DNA of 64,000 nt from the NCBI GenBank assembly GCA_022826745.1, contig JAJDUI010000026.1:22458-86457 (forward strand), written 5' to 3'. The stretch comes from Thermoanaerobaculia bacterium (GTDB lineage Bacteria > Acidobacteriota > Thermoanaerobaculia > Multivoradales > Multivoraceae). The notes beneath the pieces are model-generated. The model was not told the DNA's origin. It ran no database searches and saw nothing but the letters and a program-made list of their open reading frames with translations. The position numbers and the translations under genes were made by a program. Positions 21,167 through 30,291 of this stretch are shown in pieces; within the stretch, counting starts at the first letter, position 1, and every line of letters begins with the position of its first letter.

Positions 21167-22488
21167 CGCCGGATTTCCTCCAGGTCGGCCCAGAAGCCCG
21201 GGTAGGACTTGCCAACGACCTCCGGACGCCGAATGGAGAGGCCTCCCCGGCGCATTCCCACCAGGGCCATGCTCATCGCGATGCGGTGGTCGTCGTAGGT
21301 GTCGATCGAAACTCGCGGCGAGCGGGGCGGAGCGACGAGGCCGGGATTGCCCTCGATCCGCAGGCCGTCCTCCAGTTCGTCGATGGTTGCGCCGGCGCGC
21401 CGCAACTCGGTCGCCACCGCGGCCAGCCGGTCGCTCTCCTTGATCCTCAGGTGCGCCACGTTGCGGATCCAGGTCGTGCCGTTGGCGAAGGCCGCCACGG
21501 CGGCGAGCGTCGGCACCTGGTCGGGCATCGCCGAGAGGTCGCAGTCGACCGCGTTCAGGGCGCCGCCGCCCTCCACCTGAATCTCCTGGCCTGTCGCCTG
21601 CACCGTGGCGCCCATGCGCTCAAGGAGCCCCAGGAAGGCGCGGTCGCCCTGAGTCGACGCGGGCGCGAGGCCGCGCAGGCGCACGGAGCCGCCGCAGATC
21701 GCGGCCGCGGCCGCCGGATAGGCGGCCGCCGAATCGTCGCCCGCGACGCGATAGCGGCCGTCAGCCAGTTCGGGTTTGCGCGGTTCCACCCGGAACTCGC
21801 GGGCTTCGCCGTCCCGGCGCACCCCTACCGGAGCGCCGAAATCGGCCATGACTTCGAGAGTTGTGTCCACATACGGACTAGAGACGAGAACCGGCGCCAG
21901 GAGTTCGATCGGGCCCTCCGCGTTGAGCGCCGCCATGAGCAGCGCGGACACGTACTGGCTCGATTCGCCGGCGTCGATCTCGACCCGGCCGCCGGTCAGC
22001 CTTCCGCCCCGGATCCGGACCGGGGCGCAGCCCGGCCGGCCGAGCTCGTCGATCCCGGCGCCGAGCTGCCGGAGGGCCGCGACCAGAGGGCCGATCGGCC
22101 GTTCGCGCAGCCGGGGGGAGCCGTCGAGAATCCACTCGCCCGGGGTCACCGCGCAGCTCGCGACCAGCAGTCGCAGCAAGGTCCCGGCGCTCCGGCAATC
22201 GAGCCGCACGGCATCTTCAGCGCCGTCCTCCTGCCCCGGCTCCACCCGCAGCCCCGAGCCCGCAACGGAACGGACGCGCCAGCCCATCGCCACGAGCGCG
22301 GCGCGGAAAGCCGCGATGTCGTCGGCGTCCAGCAGGTTCTCGATCGTCGCGGGCTGCCGCCCGATCAGCGCCAGGTTCAGCGCGCGGTGCGAGATGCTCT
22401 TCGAACCGGGCGGCTCGACCACGCCCGAAACCCCCGCCGCGCGGCGGACGGGGTACGGATCGGCAGGCGGAGCCGTCAGCCCAGCCAC
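21163..22488 (-). CDS. aroA: 3-phosphoshikimate 1-carboxyvinyltransferase (EPSP synthase)
   Basis: PGSKSISHRALNLAL..., DCRSAGTLLRLL, and a typical EPSP synthase C-terminus. ATGA overlap with the sigma-54 activator start. Confidence 0.92.
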   Translation of the reverse strand: MAGLTAPPADPYPVRRAAGVSGVVEPPGSKSISHRALNLALIGRQPATIENLLDADDIAAFRAALVAMGWRVRSVAGSGLRVEPGQEDGAEDAVRLDCRSAGTLLRLLVASCAVTPGEWILDGSPRLRERPIGPLVAALRQLGAGIDELGRPGCAPVRIRGGRLTGGRVEIDAGESSQYVSALLMAALNAEGPIELLAPVLVSSPYVDTTLEVMADFGAPVGVRRDGEAREFRVEPRKPELADGRYRVAGDDSAAAYPAAAAAICGGSVRLRGLAPASTQGDRAFLGLLERMGATVQATGQEIQVEGGGALNAVDCDLSAMPDQVPTLAAVAAFANGTTWIRNVAHLRIKESDRLAAVATELRRAGATIDELEDGLRIEGNPGLVAPPRSPRVSIDTYDDHRIAMSMALVGMRRGGLSIRRPEVVGKSYPGFWADLEEIRR

Positions 22489-23153
22489 AGCAACTTCCGA
22501 TCGTGAAACCAGGCATCCGCGATCCGCACCTCGCCGTCACCCACGGTCCAGCGGCGGGCAGCATGGAAGTGTCCGAGCAGCAGCACGTCGTTGCCTTCGG
22601 CCAGCCGGCGCGCCGCGTAGCGCCGGATGACCGCGCCCGGGATCCGGGCCCTGTGCTCGCGGTTGGTCCGCGCCAGGCCCCGCTCCGTGGACGCGACGAG
22701 ACGGCGGCCTGTCGATCGCGGCAAGCGGAAGGTCAACCACCGGCTGACCGCGCTCTTCGACAGACGCCGCCAGCAGAGGTAGCGCCAGTCGCGCGGATTC
22801 AGGCCGTCGCCGTGAACCGCGAGGTACCTCGCACCTCCGGCGTCGAAGCCGACTTCCCGGCCGCAGTCGTCGAAGAGGTCGCCGTAAGCCCCGTCTGCCA
22901 GAAAGAAGTCGCGGTTCCCCTCCACGTAGGAGACCCGGATTCCTCGCTGCCTGAGCCCCCGGATGGCCGCCGCGAGCCGCCGTATCTCGGGTGTTTCGAA
23001 GCGCCGCGATCCGATCCAGAGATGGAACAGGTCGCCGAGGAACAGCACCCGGGCGCAGCGGCCGGGGTCGAGCGCGCCGAGCTGCTCTTCCAGATCTTCC
23101 CCGCTGCCCCCGGGGCCGCCCAGGTGGGCATCGGCGATCACGGCGACAGGCAT
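22476..23153 (-). CDS. lpxH: UDP-2,3-diacylglucosamine hydrolase (LpxH-like calcineurin-type phosphoesterase)
   Basis: VIADAHLG..., LFLGDLFHLWIGSRRF, GNRDF, VHGDGLN, LLGHFH metallophosphoesterase motifs. Confidence 0.72.
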   Translation of the reverse strand: MPVAVIADAHLGGPGGSGEDLEEQLGALDPGRCARVLFLGDLFHLWIGSRRFETPEIRRLAAAIRGLRQRGIRVSYVEGNRDFFLADGAYGDLFDDCGREVGFDAGGARYLAVHGDGLNPRDWRYLCWRRLSKSAVSRWLTFRLPRSTGRRLVASTERGLARTNREHRARIPGAVIRRYAARRLAEGNDVLLLGHFHAARRWTVGDGEVRIADAWFHDRKLLWLG

Positions 23154-23172
23154 GAGTTCGAAAGCCGGATCC

Positions 23173-24246
23173 CTAGACGATCGTCAGAGTCGGCCGTTCG
23201 GAGGCCACCTCCAGCAGCCGCCGCTCGACCGCCGACGCGATGCCGCGGAAGATCGCCGCGTGCGGGCCGCCGGCGTCGGAGACCACGATCGGCAACCCGT
23301 CGTCGCTGCCCCGGACCAGGGCGCCGTCCAGCGGAATCGCCCCAAGAACCTCGCAGTCGAGCAACTCGGCCGTCCGCTCGACGCCGCCGCGTTTGAAGAC
23401 GTCGGTCGTCTCGCCGCAGTGAGGGCAGACGAAGGTCGACATGTTCTCGACCATCCCCAGCACCGGCACCTCGACCTTGCGGAACATGGCGAGCCCCTTG
23501 CGGGCGTCGATCAGCGCCACGTCCTGCGGCGTCGAGACGATGACCGCGCCGGACAGGGGCAACTTCTGCGACAGGGTCAGCGCGGCGTCTCCGGTGCCGG
23601 GCGGCAGGTCGAGCAGCAGGTAGTCGAGCCGGCCCCAGTCCACGTCGCCGAGCAACTGGCCCAGCGCCTTCATCACCATGGGGCCCCGCCAGATCACGGG
23701 CGTGTCCGGATCGAGGAGGAACCCGAGGGACATGACCCGCACGCCGTGACGCTCGAAGGGCTGGATCTTCCCCTTCACGATCTCCGGCCTGCGGTTGATG
23801 CCGAACATCAGGGGGATGGACGGGCCGTAGATGTCCGCGTCGAGCAGCCCGACCCGCAAGCCCTGGGCCGCCATCGCGGCGCTCAGGTTGGTTGCCACCG
23901 TCGACTTGCCCACGCCGCCCTTGCCGCTGGCCACGGCGACCACGTGGGACACGCCCGGCAGCAGCGAGGGGTCGCGCGCCGTCGCCGGCGCCGGCGCGGT
24001 CGCCACCTCGAGCGAGACCTGTACGTCGGACACACCGTCCAGGCTTCCCACGGCATCCACGATGCGGCGCCTGATCTCCGTGGCGGCCTCCGGGTCCCGC
24101 GTCGGGACACGCAGATCCACCACCACGTCGCCACCGGTGACCGCGACCCGCTGAACGAAGCCGAACGACACGATGTCGCGTTTCATCCCCGGGAAGGTGA
24201 CGGTCCGGAGGCACTCGCGTACCCTGCTCTCGATCACTTCAGCCAT
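23173..24246 (-). CDS. mrp: Fe-S cluster carrier ATPase Mrp/ApbC (NBP35 family)
   Basis: N-terminal MIP18-like domain, a deviant Walker A VASGKGGVGKSTVATNLS, and CPHCGE metal-binding cysteines. Confidence 0.88.
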   Translation of the reverse strand: MAEVIESRVRECLRTVTFPGMKRDIVSFGFVQRVAVTGGDVVVDLRVPTRDPEAATEIRRRIVDAVGSLDGVSDVQVSLEVATAPAPATARDPSLLPGVSHVVAVASGKGGVGKSTVATNLSAAMAAQGLRVGLLDADIYGPSIPLMFGINRRPEIVKGKIQPFERHGVRVMSLGFLLDPDTPVIWRGPMVMKALGQLLGDVDWGRLDYLLLDLPPGTGDAALTLSQKLPLSGAVIVSTPQDVALIDARKGLAMFRKVEVPVLGMVENMSTFVCPHCGETTDVFKRGGVERTAELLDCEVLGAIPLDGALVRGSDDGLPIVVSDAGGPHAAIFRGIASAVERRLLEVASERPTLTIV

Positions 24247-24994
24247 CCGTTTCTCCCGTGTCCGCGGCGGTCTTCAACCCCGCCAACCGGCCAACCCGCT
24301 CCTCGACATCGCGCATGAAGGACCGGCGCCCCCGTACCCCGACGCTGGCCGGATCAACGACCTCGCCGAAGATCAGCTCGACGGTCTGCGGCCGGACCAC
24401 GAGGTCGCCCTTCTGCCTGATGTGGGCCGTTCCCCGGATGCCCAACGGCGCGATCAGGGCCCGGCCCTTCAGCGCGAGCAGGAACCCTCCCCGCTGAAAC
24501 GGTCTCATCCGCGGGCCGGAGCTGCGCGTCTCCTCGGGGAACACGACCAGGGAAACGCCGGACGCCAGCAACCCGGTGGCGGCCGCGAACGTCTCGCCGG
24601 CCCGACTCCGATCCTCCCGGTCCACCGGCACGAAGCCGGCCGCCTTGAGCCCCCAGCCGAAGAACGGCAGGCGGAACAGGCTGCGCTTGGCCAGAAAGCG
24701 GACCGGCAGGTCCAGGATCGCGAGCAGCGCCGCGATGTCGTACAGGCTCCGGTGGTTCGCCATGTAGACCACCGGCCGGTCGCCGATCGGGTCGCGCCAG
24801 GCCGCGTGGCTGCCCCCGGCATAGCTGAGCTCGAGGCGAACACCGCTCGACCGGAGCAACCCCCGAGCCCAGAGACGGGCCTGGACCCCGGCCCAGTCAC
24901 GGCCCGGGAACCAGGAGGCGATGGCCGCGGCGACGCCCATCACGGCGCTGCCCAGAAACAGGTACACATTCCCCGTCAGGGTGGCCAGCGCCAC
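24239..24994 (-). CDS. plsC: 1-acyl-sn-glycerol-3-phosphate acyltransferase
   Basis: NHRSLYDI (HxxxxD acyltransferase motif), FPEETRS and PLGIRG blocks. Start is uncertain. The 317-aa track ORF runs into the divergent mlaE start, so a GTG (VALATLTGNVYLF...) was chosen instead. ATG MGVAAAI at 24940 is an alternative. Confidence 0.62.
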   Translation of the reverse strand: MALATLTGNVYLFLGSAVMGVAAAIASWFPGRDWAGVQARLWARGLLRSSGVRLELSYAGGSHAAWRDPIGDRPVVYMANHRSLYDIAALLAILDLPVRFLAKRSLFRLPFFGWGLKAAGFVPVDREDRSRAGETFAAATGLLASGVSLVVFPEETRSSGPRMRPFQRGGFLLALKGRALIAPLGIRGTAHIRQKGDLVVRPQTVELIFGEVVDPASVGVRGRRSFMRDVEERVGRLAGLKTAADTGETDG

Positions 24995-25174
24995 CGACCA
25001 GGCGTTCAAGCCCTCCCCGGGCGCTTTCGCCGTAGACTTGCCGCGCTGCGTCGTGCGGCGCAGGTTCGTGGGGTTCCGGATTGACAAGGTTCTGCTCGGT
25101 GCCGTGAGTTGGCCGAAGCTACACCAAGCACCCAACCACGAGGGGCGATTCCAACAGACCCTTCTCTTGGGCAG

Positions 25175-25954
25175 ATGCAACAGGCTGGACACAGGATTCT
25201 GATCGATTTCAAGGCCCCCTTGCGAGAGGTTGGGGCCATCTGGTTGCTGACTGCACGCGGAATGGCCGCCCTCGTCAGACCGCCGTACGAGTTTCGGTCA
25301 TGGCTAAGTCAGATGGGACACCTCGGCGTCAGTTCGCTCGGCGTCGCGTCGGTCACGACTCTGTTTACGGGCATGGTGCTGGCCCTTCAGACCGCGTACA
25401 GCCTGCCCGAGCTCGGAGTGAAGTACTACATCGGCAGCGTGGTCTCCAAGTCGTTGACCCGTGAACTCGGCCCCGTCCTCGTGGCCCTCATCGTCGGTGG
25501 CCGGATCGGGTCCGGAATGACCGCGGAACTTGGCACGATGAAGGTCACCGAGCAGGTCGACGCCATGCGCTCGATGGCCGCGGATCCCATAAAGAAGCTG
25601 GTCGTTCCGAAGCTGGCGGCGACTCTGATCATGTTGCCTGCTCTCACCGTCCTCGGCGACCTGCTGGGCATTCTCGGCGGCCTGTTCGTCGCTGTGAACC
25701 AGTTGAACCTCTCCGTCGGCCTGTACATCAACGACGTCGTGCAGACCCTCACGATGGAAGACGTCTTCAACGGCCTCGGAAAGTCGGTTTTCTTCGCCTG
25801 CTTCATCGCGATCATCGGTTGCCACAACGGACTGACGGCCAGCGGCGGCGCCGAAGGCGTGGGGCACGCCACCACACGCACCGTAGTCTGGGCTTCCATC
25901 ATGGTGCTGGTATCTGATTTCTTTCTGACCAAGCTGTTCCATGTCCTCATCTGA
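25175..25954 (+). CDS. mlaE: phospholipid ABC transporter permease MlaE
   Basis: 260 aa. Aligns along its length with MlaE/TTG2B (LTRELGPVLVALIVGGRIGSGMTAELGTMKVTEQVDAM...). Start placed at MQQAGHRIL by length comparison with MlaE. Confidence 0.85.
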   Translation: MQQAGHRILIDFKAPLREVGAIWLLTARGMAALVRPPYEFRSWLSQMGHLGVSSLGVASVTTLFTGMVLALQTAYSLPELGVKYYIGSVVSKSLTRELGPVLVALIVGGRIGSGMTAELGTMKVTEQVDAMRSMAADPIKKLVVPKLAATLIMLPALTVLGDLLGILGGLFVAVNQLNLSVGLYINDVVQTLTMEDVFNGLGKSVFFACFIAIIGCHNGLTASGGAEGVGHATTRTVVWASIMVLVSDFFLTKLFHVLI

Positions 25955-26741
25955 ACCCGCCGGCAGCCGGGACGCGCGGGAACCGCTCTACGTCGTGCGC
26001 GGACTCTGCCGGCGCTTCGGCGATCGCGCCGTACTCGACGACCTGAGTTTCGACGTTCTGCGCGGCGAGTGCCTGGTCGTGCTGGGCCGTTCCGGCTCCG
26101 GCAAGAGCCTCACGCTGCGGCAACTCAACGGACTCGACCCGGCCGAAGGAGGCGAAGTGCTGTTCGAGGGTACGGACCTCGTCCAACTGACGGAGCGCGA
26201 GCTGTTCGCGGTGCGCCGGCGGATCGCGATGCTGTTTCAGTCAGGCGCCCTGTTCGACTCCTTCGACGTGCTCGAGAACGTCGCCTTTCCCATTCGCGAG
26301 CACGAGCGTGTGAGCGAGGAGGAGGTTCGCGAGCGTGTGGCCGCGGCGCTTGCATGGGTCGGACTGTCCGGGATCGAAGACCGCATGCCCGCCGCGCTGT
26401 CGGGCGGCATGAAGAAACGCGTCGCGCTCGCCCGCTCGCTCGTCCTGGAGCCCGAGGTCGTCCTGTTCGACGAGCCGACCGCCGGCCTCGACCCGGTCAC
26501 CGCGGCGACCATCTCCCGTCTGATCAGGAACACCAGGGACGATCTCGGAACGACTTCGGTCGTGGTGACGCACGACATTCGCCTGGCCCGCCACGTCGGC
26601 GACCGCCTCGCACTGCTTCACGACGGACGCTTCCGGTTCCTCGGCTGCTGGGAGGAAGCGGAACAGAGCACCGACCCGGCGCTCCGCGCGTTCCTCGAAG
26701 GTCGGTTCGGCCCCGCACAGGAGAACATCGATGCAGCGTGA
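25941..26741 (+). CDS. mlaF: phospholipid ABC transporter ATP-binding protein MlaF
   Basis: Walker A GRSGSGKS, signature LSGGMKKRVALARSL, Walker B VVLFDEPTAGLD. Confidence 0.88.
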   Translation: MSSSEPAGSRDAREPLYVVRGLCRRFGDRAVLDDLSFDVLRGECLVVLGRSGSGKSLTLRQLNGLDPAEGGEVLFEGTDLVQLTERELFAVRRRIAMLFQSGALFDSFDVLENVAFPIREHERVSEEEVRERVAAALAWVGLSGIEDRMPAALSGGMKKRVALARSLVLEPEVVLFDEPTAGLDPVTAATISRLIRNTRDDLGTTSVVVTHDIRLARHVGDRLALLHDGRFRFLGCWEEAEQSTDPALRAFLEGRFGPAQENIDAA

Positions 26742-27891
26742 CTCGAACACCACCAGGGTGGGTCTGACCGTACTCGCGGCCGTCGTCGCGCTTGCCGCCT
26801 TCATCTTCGCGATCGGCGAGCAGAGCGCCCTGTTCACGCCCACCAATAGCTACCGCACCATGTTCCCGAACGCCGCGGGGCTGGTCGAGGGGAACCCGGT
26901 TCAACTGAACGGCGTGACCGTCGGCAGGGTCGACCGCATCCTGCTCAGCGAAGACCCGGACAGCGAACTGCTGGAGGTGCGGATCAGCGTCGAGCGCCGC
27001 TACGCAGGCCGGCTGCGCCGGGACTCCCTGGCGCGACTCAAGACCTTGGGTCTTCTGGGCGACAAGTACGTCGAGATCACCTCGGGTTCGCCCGAAGCCG
27101 TCCTCCTGAATCCCGGCGAGGAGATTCCGGCGGCCCTGCCGACCGACGTCGACGAACTGATCGCCAGCGGAGCGGACGTGGTCGACCATGCGGTGGCGAC
27201 GGCCCGGTCCCTGTCGAACATCCTCGCCCGGATGGAGCGCGGCGAGGGTCTGCTCGGTGAACTCGTCGCCGCCCGCGAAGACAAGCGGATCACCGACACG
27301 GTGATCAGCACGCTCGAGTCGGTCGAGCGCGTGGCCGATCAGGTCGAGGCGGGCGACGGAGTCCTCGGGCGGCTGCTCACGGACCGCGAGATGGGCGACC
27401 GGATCGCCTCTTCGATCGAGGAACTGGACGAGACCCTGAGGCTCCTGCGGGAAGGAGACGGCCTGGCGCCGGCGTTACTGCATGACGGCGAACTGAAGGC
27501 CCGCTTCGAGACGACCCTGGCGGACACGGAGGTCGCCGCCGCGGATCTCCGCGAGATCACCGCCGACCTGCGCGATGCCGACGGCCTCCTGCCCCGGCTC
27601 CTGAACGACGAGGAACTGAGCGAATCGCTGACCACCGAGGTCGAGCAGCTCCTCAAGCGGCTCAACTCGACGCTGGACCAGGTCGCGGAGGGAGACGGCA
27701 CCGCGGCCCGCCTGATCAACGATCCCGCCATCTACGAGGCGCTCGACGATCTCGTGGTCGGCATCAACGAATCGAGGCTGCTCCGCTGGCTCGTCCGCAA
27801 CCGTCAGAAGGCGGGCATCAAGAAGCGTTACCGGGACACGCAGGACGAGATGGCGGCAGCCGGCGCGGAGGATCCGGGAGAACGACCGTGA
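26731..27891 (+). CDS. mlaD: MCE-domain protein (MlaD-like) with long coiled-coil C-terminus
   Basis: N-terminal TM helix plus an MCE domain (MFPNAAGLVEGNPVQLNGVTVGRVDRI), followed by ~250 aa of helical repeats. Confidence 0.8.
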   Translation: MQRDSNTTRVGLTVLAAVVALAAFIFAIGEQSALFTPTNSYRTMFPNAAGLVEGNPVQLNGVTVGRVDRILLSEDPDSELLEVRISVERRYAGRLRRDSLARLKTLGLLGDKYVEITSGSPEAVLLNPGEEIPAALPTDVDELIASGADVVDHAVATARSLSNILARMERGEGLLGELVAAREDKRITDTVISTLESVERVADQVEAGDGVLGRLLTDREMGDRIASSIEELDETLRLLREGDGLAPALLHDGELKARFETTLADTEVAAADLREITADLRDADGLLPRLLNDEELSESLTTEVEQLLKRLNSTLDQVAEGDGTAARLINDPAIYEALDDLVVGINESRLLRWLVRNRQKAGIKKRYRDTQDEMAAAGAEDPGERP

Positions 27892-28175
27892 TCGTCTGCG
27901 CGCGTTGCGGCCGCGACCGGGAAGCGCTGGCCGGACCGCCGGTGCCCGGCGCCACGGGTGAGGAGATCGCCGAACGCGTCTGCGCCGCCTGCTGGGAGGA
28001 GTGGGCGGCGATGGAGATCAAGGTGATCAACGAGCTGCGCCTCAACTTCATGGATCCGGCCGCCCAGGCGACCCTCACGGGCCACATGAGGGCATTCCTC
28101 TTCCCCGGCGACGACTCCACCGTCGAGCCCGGGGAACGGCTCGACTTCGACTCGATCGGCGAACCGGAGGGTTAG
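27888..28175 (+). CDS. yggX: Fe(2+)-trafficking / oxidative-damage protection protein YggX
   Basis: IVCARCG...VCAACWEEWAAMEIKVINELRLNFMDPAAQATLTGHMRAFLF matches YggX along its length. ATGA-coupled to mlaD. Confidence 0.75.
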   Translation: MIVCARCGRDREALAGPPVPGATGEEIAERVCAACWEEWAAMEIKVINELRLNFMDPAAQATLTGHMRAFLFPGDDSTVEPGERLDFDSIGEPEG

Positions 28176-28771
28176 GGCCAGGGCCGGCGCGGGGGCTCGC
28201 GGATCCGGCGGAGCATCCGGCGACGCCGGTTGTTCGAGTCGCTCGGGTCGTTCGAGAACAGGCGCATCACGTCGCCTTCGCGGGCGAAGCGGTAGCGGCG
28301 GGCCGGCTTCTTTCCGTTCAGGCCCTTGGCCGCGCCCTTCGCGTAGGTCCAGAGGTGGACGTCCGGGTCATCGATGTCGCGATGCTCTTCCCACTCCGTC
28401 TTCTCCGGGTCGCCGAACAGGATGTAGACCATGCCGCGGTCCGTGCGCCGGCCGAGCCGGCCGGACTCGGAGTAGCGCTTGTCCGCCTCGGCCGCGCGGA
28501 CGTCGAACTGCCGCCGCAGACCGGCATCGCGGCGGCTCCAGAACTCGTCGACGAAGGCGGCGGCCTCCTCGTCCGACTCGAGCAGAAGGAAGAGGGTCCG
28601 TTCCTCCTCGTCGGCGAGCTGCCCCACGGGGCCGACCAGCCAGCTCGTGTAGCCGGGGCCAAGGAAGGGGTTGATCAGGTCGTCCGGGTGGAGCCGCTCG
28701 AGGCTCTCGGCGGCCTGCGCGCCGGCGGCGGTCAGAACGCCGATCGCAAGAGCCAGACCGAACCGCCGCAC
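28172..28771 (-). CDS. secreted GWxTD-domain protein (hypothetical)
   Basis: Signal peptide MRRFGLALAIGVLTAAGAQA. The GRRTDRGMVYILFGDP block resembles the GWxTD family signature. Confidence 0.5.
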   Translation of the reverse strand: MRRFGLALAIGVLTAAGAQAAESLERLHPDDLINPFLGPGYTSWLVGPVGQLADEEERTLFLLLESDEEAAAFVDEFWSRRDAGLRRQFDVRAAEADKRYSESGRLGRRTDRGMVYILFGDPEKTEWEEHRDIDDPDVHLWTYAKGAAKGLNGKKPARRYRFAREGDVMRLFSNDPSDSNNRRRRMLRRIREPPRRPWP

Positions 28772-28772
28772 G

Positions 28773-29399
28773 TCAACGACCCTTCAGCAGGTCCAGGAAC
28801 TCCTCCCGAATCGGGCGTTCATGGAAGATGCCCCGAAGCGCGGACGTCACCGTCCTCGCGCCCGACTTCTTCACCCCACGCATCTCCACGCAGAGATGGC
28901 GCGCCTCGATGACGACCATCGCGCCGCGGGGCCGGAGTTCCTCTACCAGAAAGCCCACGACCTGCTCCGTGAGGCGCTCCTGGAGTTGCGGCCGCTTGGC
29001 GTAGAACTCCAGGATGCGCGCGAACTTGGACAGGCCCAGGATCTTGTCGCCGGGGACGTAGGCGATGTGCGCGTGACCGTAGAAGGGCACCAGGTGGTGC
29101 GAACACATGGAGTAGAACGGGATGTCCTTCTCCATCACCATCGCCCGGTAGTTCTCGTCGTTGGGGAAGGTCGTGACCTTCGGCTTGGTCCCCTGATCCA
29201 GTCCCCGGAACATCTCCAGGTACATCTTGGCGACCCGCTCGTGGGTGGTGTCCAGATTCGGGTCGTTCAGGTCGAGACCAAGCTCGACGAGCATCCGACG
29301 CACCAGCTCCGCAACGCGAGCCACACGCTCCCCGTCCCGAACGGCCGGCGCACCATTTTCGTAGGTCGAGACTGGCTCGACCGGTTCCAGAACGCGCAT
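28773..29399 (-). CDS. folE: GTP cyclohydrolase I
   Basis: FYSMCSHHLVPFYGHAHIAYVP and the surrounding FolE core. 208 aa. Confidence 0.93.
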   Translation of the reverse strand: MRVLEPVEPVSTYENGAPAVRDGERVARVAELVRRMLVELGLDLNDPNLDTTHERVAKMYLEMFRGLDQGTKPKVTTFPNDENYRAMVMEKDIPFYSMCSHHLVPFYGHAHIAYVPGDKILGLSKFARILEFYAKRPQLQERLTEQVVGFLVEELRPRGAMVVIEARHLCVEMRGVKKSGARTVTSALRGIFHERPIREEFLDLLKGR

Positions 29400-29456
29400 C
29401 GGCGCATGCTACCGTAGTCGCCGTCAGTCAGAGACCAACAACCAGGACGGAATCCG

Positions 29457-29684
29457 ATGAGCCGAGTGACGATCGAATACTGCGTAATGTGAAACTACCG
29501 GCCCCGAGCCGCCGGTCTGGCGGCTCAGCTGAAGGAGCAGTTCGACCTCGACACCGAACTCGTGGACGGCGGCGGCGGCGTCTTCGAGGTCGCCCTCGAC
29601 GGCCGCCCCGTCTTCTCGAAGAAAGAGCTCGGCCGCTTCCCCGATAACGGCGAAGTCGAGCACGCCGTCGCCGACCTGCTGTAG
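29457..29684 (+). CDS. selW: SelW-like selenoprotein (Rdx family) with in-frame UGA-Sec at codon 12
   Basis: Manual translation: MSRVTIEYCVM-U-NYRPRAAGLAAQLKEQFDLDTELVDGGGGVFEVALDGRPVFSKKELGRFPDNGEVEHAVADLL. TGA at 29490-29492 completes the CxxU redox motif typical of bacterial SelW. Downstream, GGVFEV...FSKK..GRFP is the conserved SelW core. A stable hairpin lies 13 nt after the UGA. Absent from the ORF track because of the TGA. Confidence 0.8.
29506..29526 (+). promoter_or_regulatory. bacterial SECIS-like stem-loop
   Basis: GAGCCGCC-GGUCU-GGCGGCUC is a perfect 8-bp stem with a 5-nt G/U-containing apical loop, starting 13 nt 3' of the UGA. Position and shape resemble bacterial SECIS elements. 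Confidence 0.55.
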
Positions 29685-29736
29685 CGACGCGGCGGAGGAG
29701 GCACCCGTCCGCGGCGGCCGCGGACGTGACGAGGTT

Positions 29737-29772
29737 CGGATGTCGGTGCGCCGGCCTTCCGGCCGGCATCCG
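29737..29772 (+). terminator. GC-rich hairpin between selW-like gene and queD (possible intrinsic terminator or attenuator; no U-tract)
   Basis: cggatg..GCCGGCC-ttcc-GGCCGGC..catccg. A 7-bp perfect core stem with an extended imperfect outer stem. Confidence 0.3.
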
Positions 29773-29798
29773 ATCCCAGTCAACGCTACGATCGGGCC

Positions 29799-30284
29799 GT
29801 GTCCGGCACCTACTCGCTGCGCCTCGGCAAGGAGGACTTCAAGTTCTCCGCGGCTCACTTCACCGTCTTCGGCGAGGGCGAGGCGGAGGCGCTTCACGGA
29901 CACAACTACCGGGTCGAGGTGGAACTGAGTGGTCCCGAGGTGGATGGTCTCGAGTTCCTGGTTCCGATGGCCGCGGCGAAGCGGGACATCCGGGCGCAGT
30001 GCGAGGCGCTGGACGAGAAGGTCCTGCTGCCGGCGGAGTGCCCGCATCTTGAACTCGAGCAAGGTGACACGGTGACGGTGACCCTCGGGCAGCGGCGATA
30101 CGAGTTCCCCTCATCGGAGGTCGTCCTGCTGCCCGCGGCGAACGTGACCGTCGAGGCGCTGGCCCGGTTGCTCTGGCAACGCCTGGCGGACCGATGGGGC
30201 TCTCTTCGCGACCGCGTGGAAACCCTTGAAGTCACCGTGGCCGAGACCCGCGGCCAAAACGCCAGCTACCGACGCAAGTTGTAG
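29799..30284 (+). CDS. queD: 6-carboxy-5,6,7,8-tetrahydropterin synthase / 6-pyruvoyl-tetrahydropterin synthase family
   Basis: SAAHFTVFGEG...EALHGHNYRVEVEL shows the CxxxHGH-type Zn/active-site motif. Sits next to folE, as often seen for PTPS/QueD. Confidence 0.78.
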   Translation: MSGTYSLRLGKEDFKFSAAHFTVFGEGEAEALHGHNYRVEVELSGPEVDGLEFLVPMAAAKRDIRAQCEALDEKVLLPAECPHLELEQGDTVTVTLGQRRYEFPSSEVVLLPAANVTVEALARLLWQRLADRWGSLRDRVETLEVTVAETRGQNASYRRKL

Positions 30285-30291
30285 GCGGGTA

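Noticed and set aside
29424-30062. 212-aa and 113-aa minus-strand ORFs overlapping the selW-like gene and queD
   Set aside because: Arg/Gly-rich, antisense to two conserved genes. Explained by the selenoprotein gene on the plus strand.
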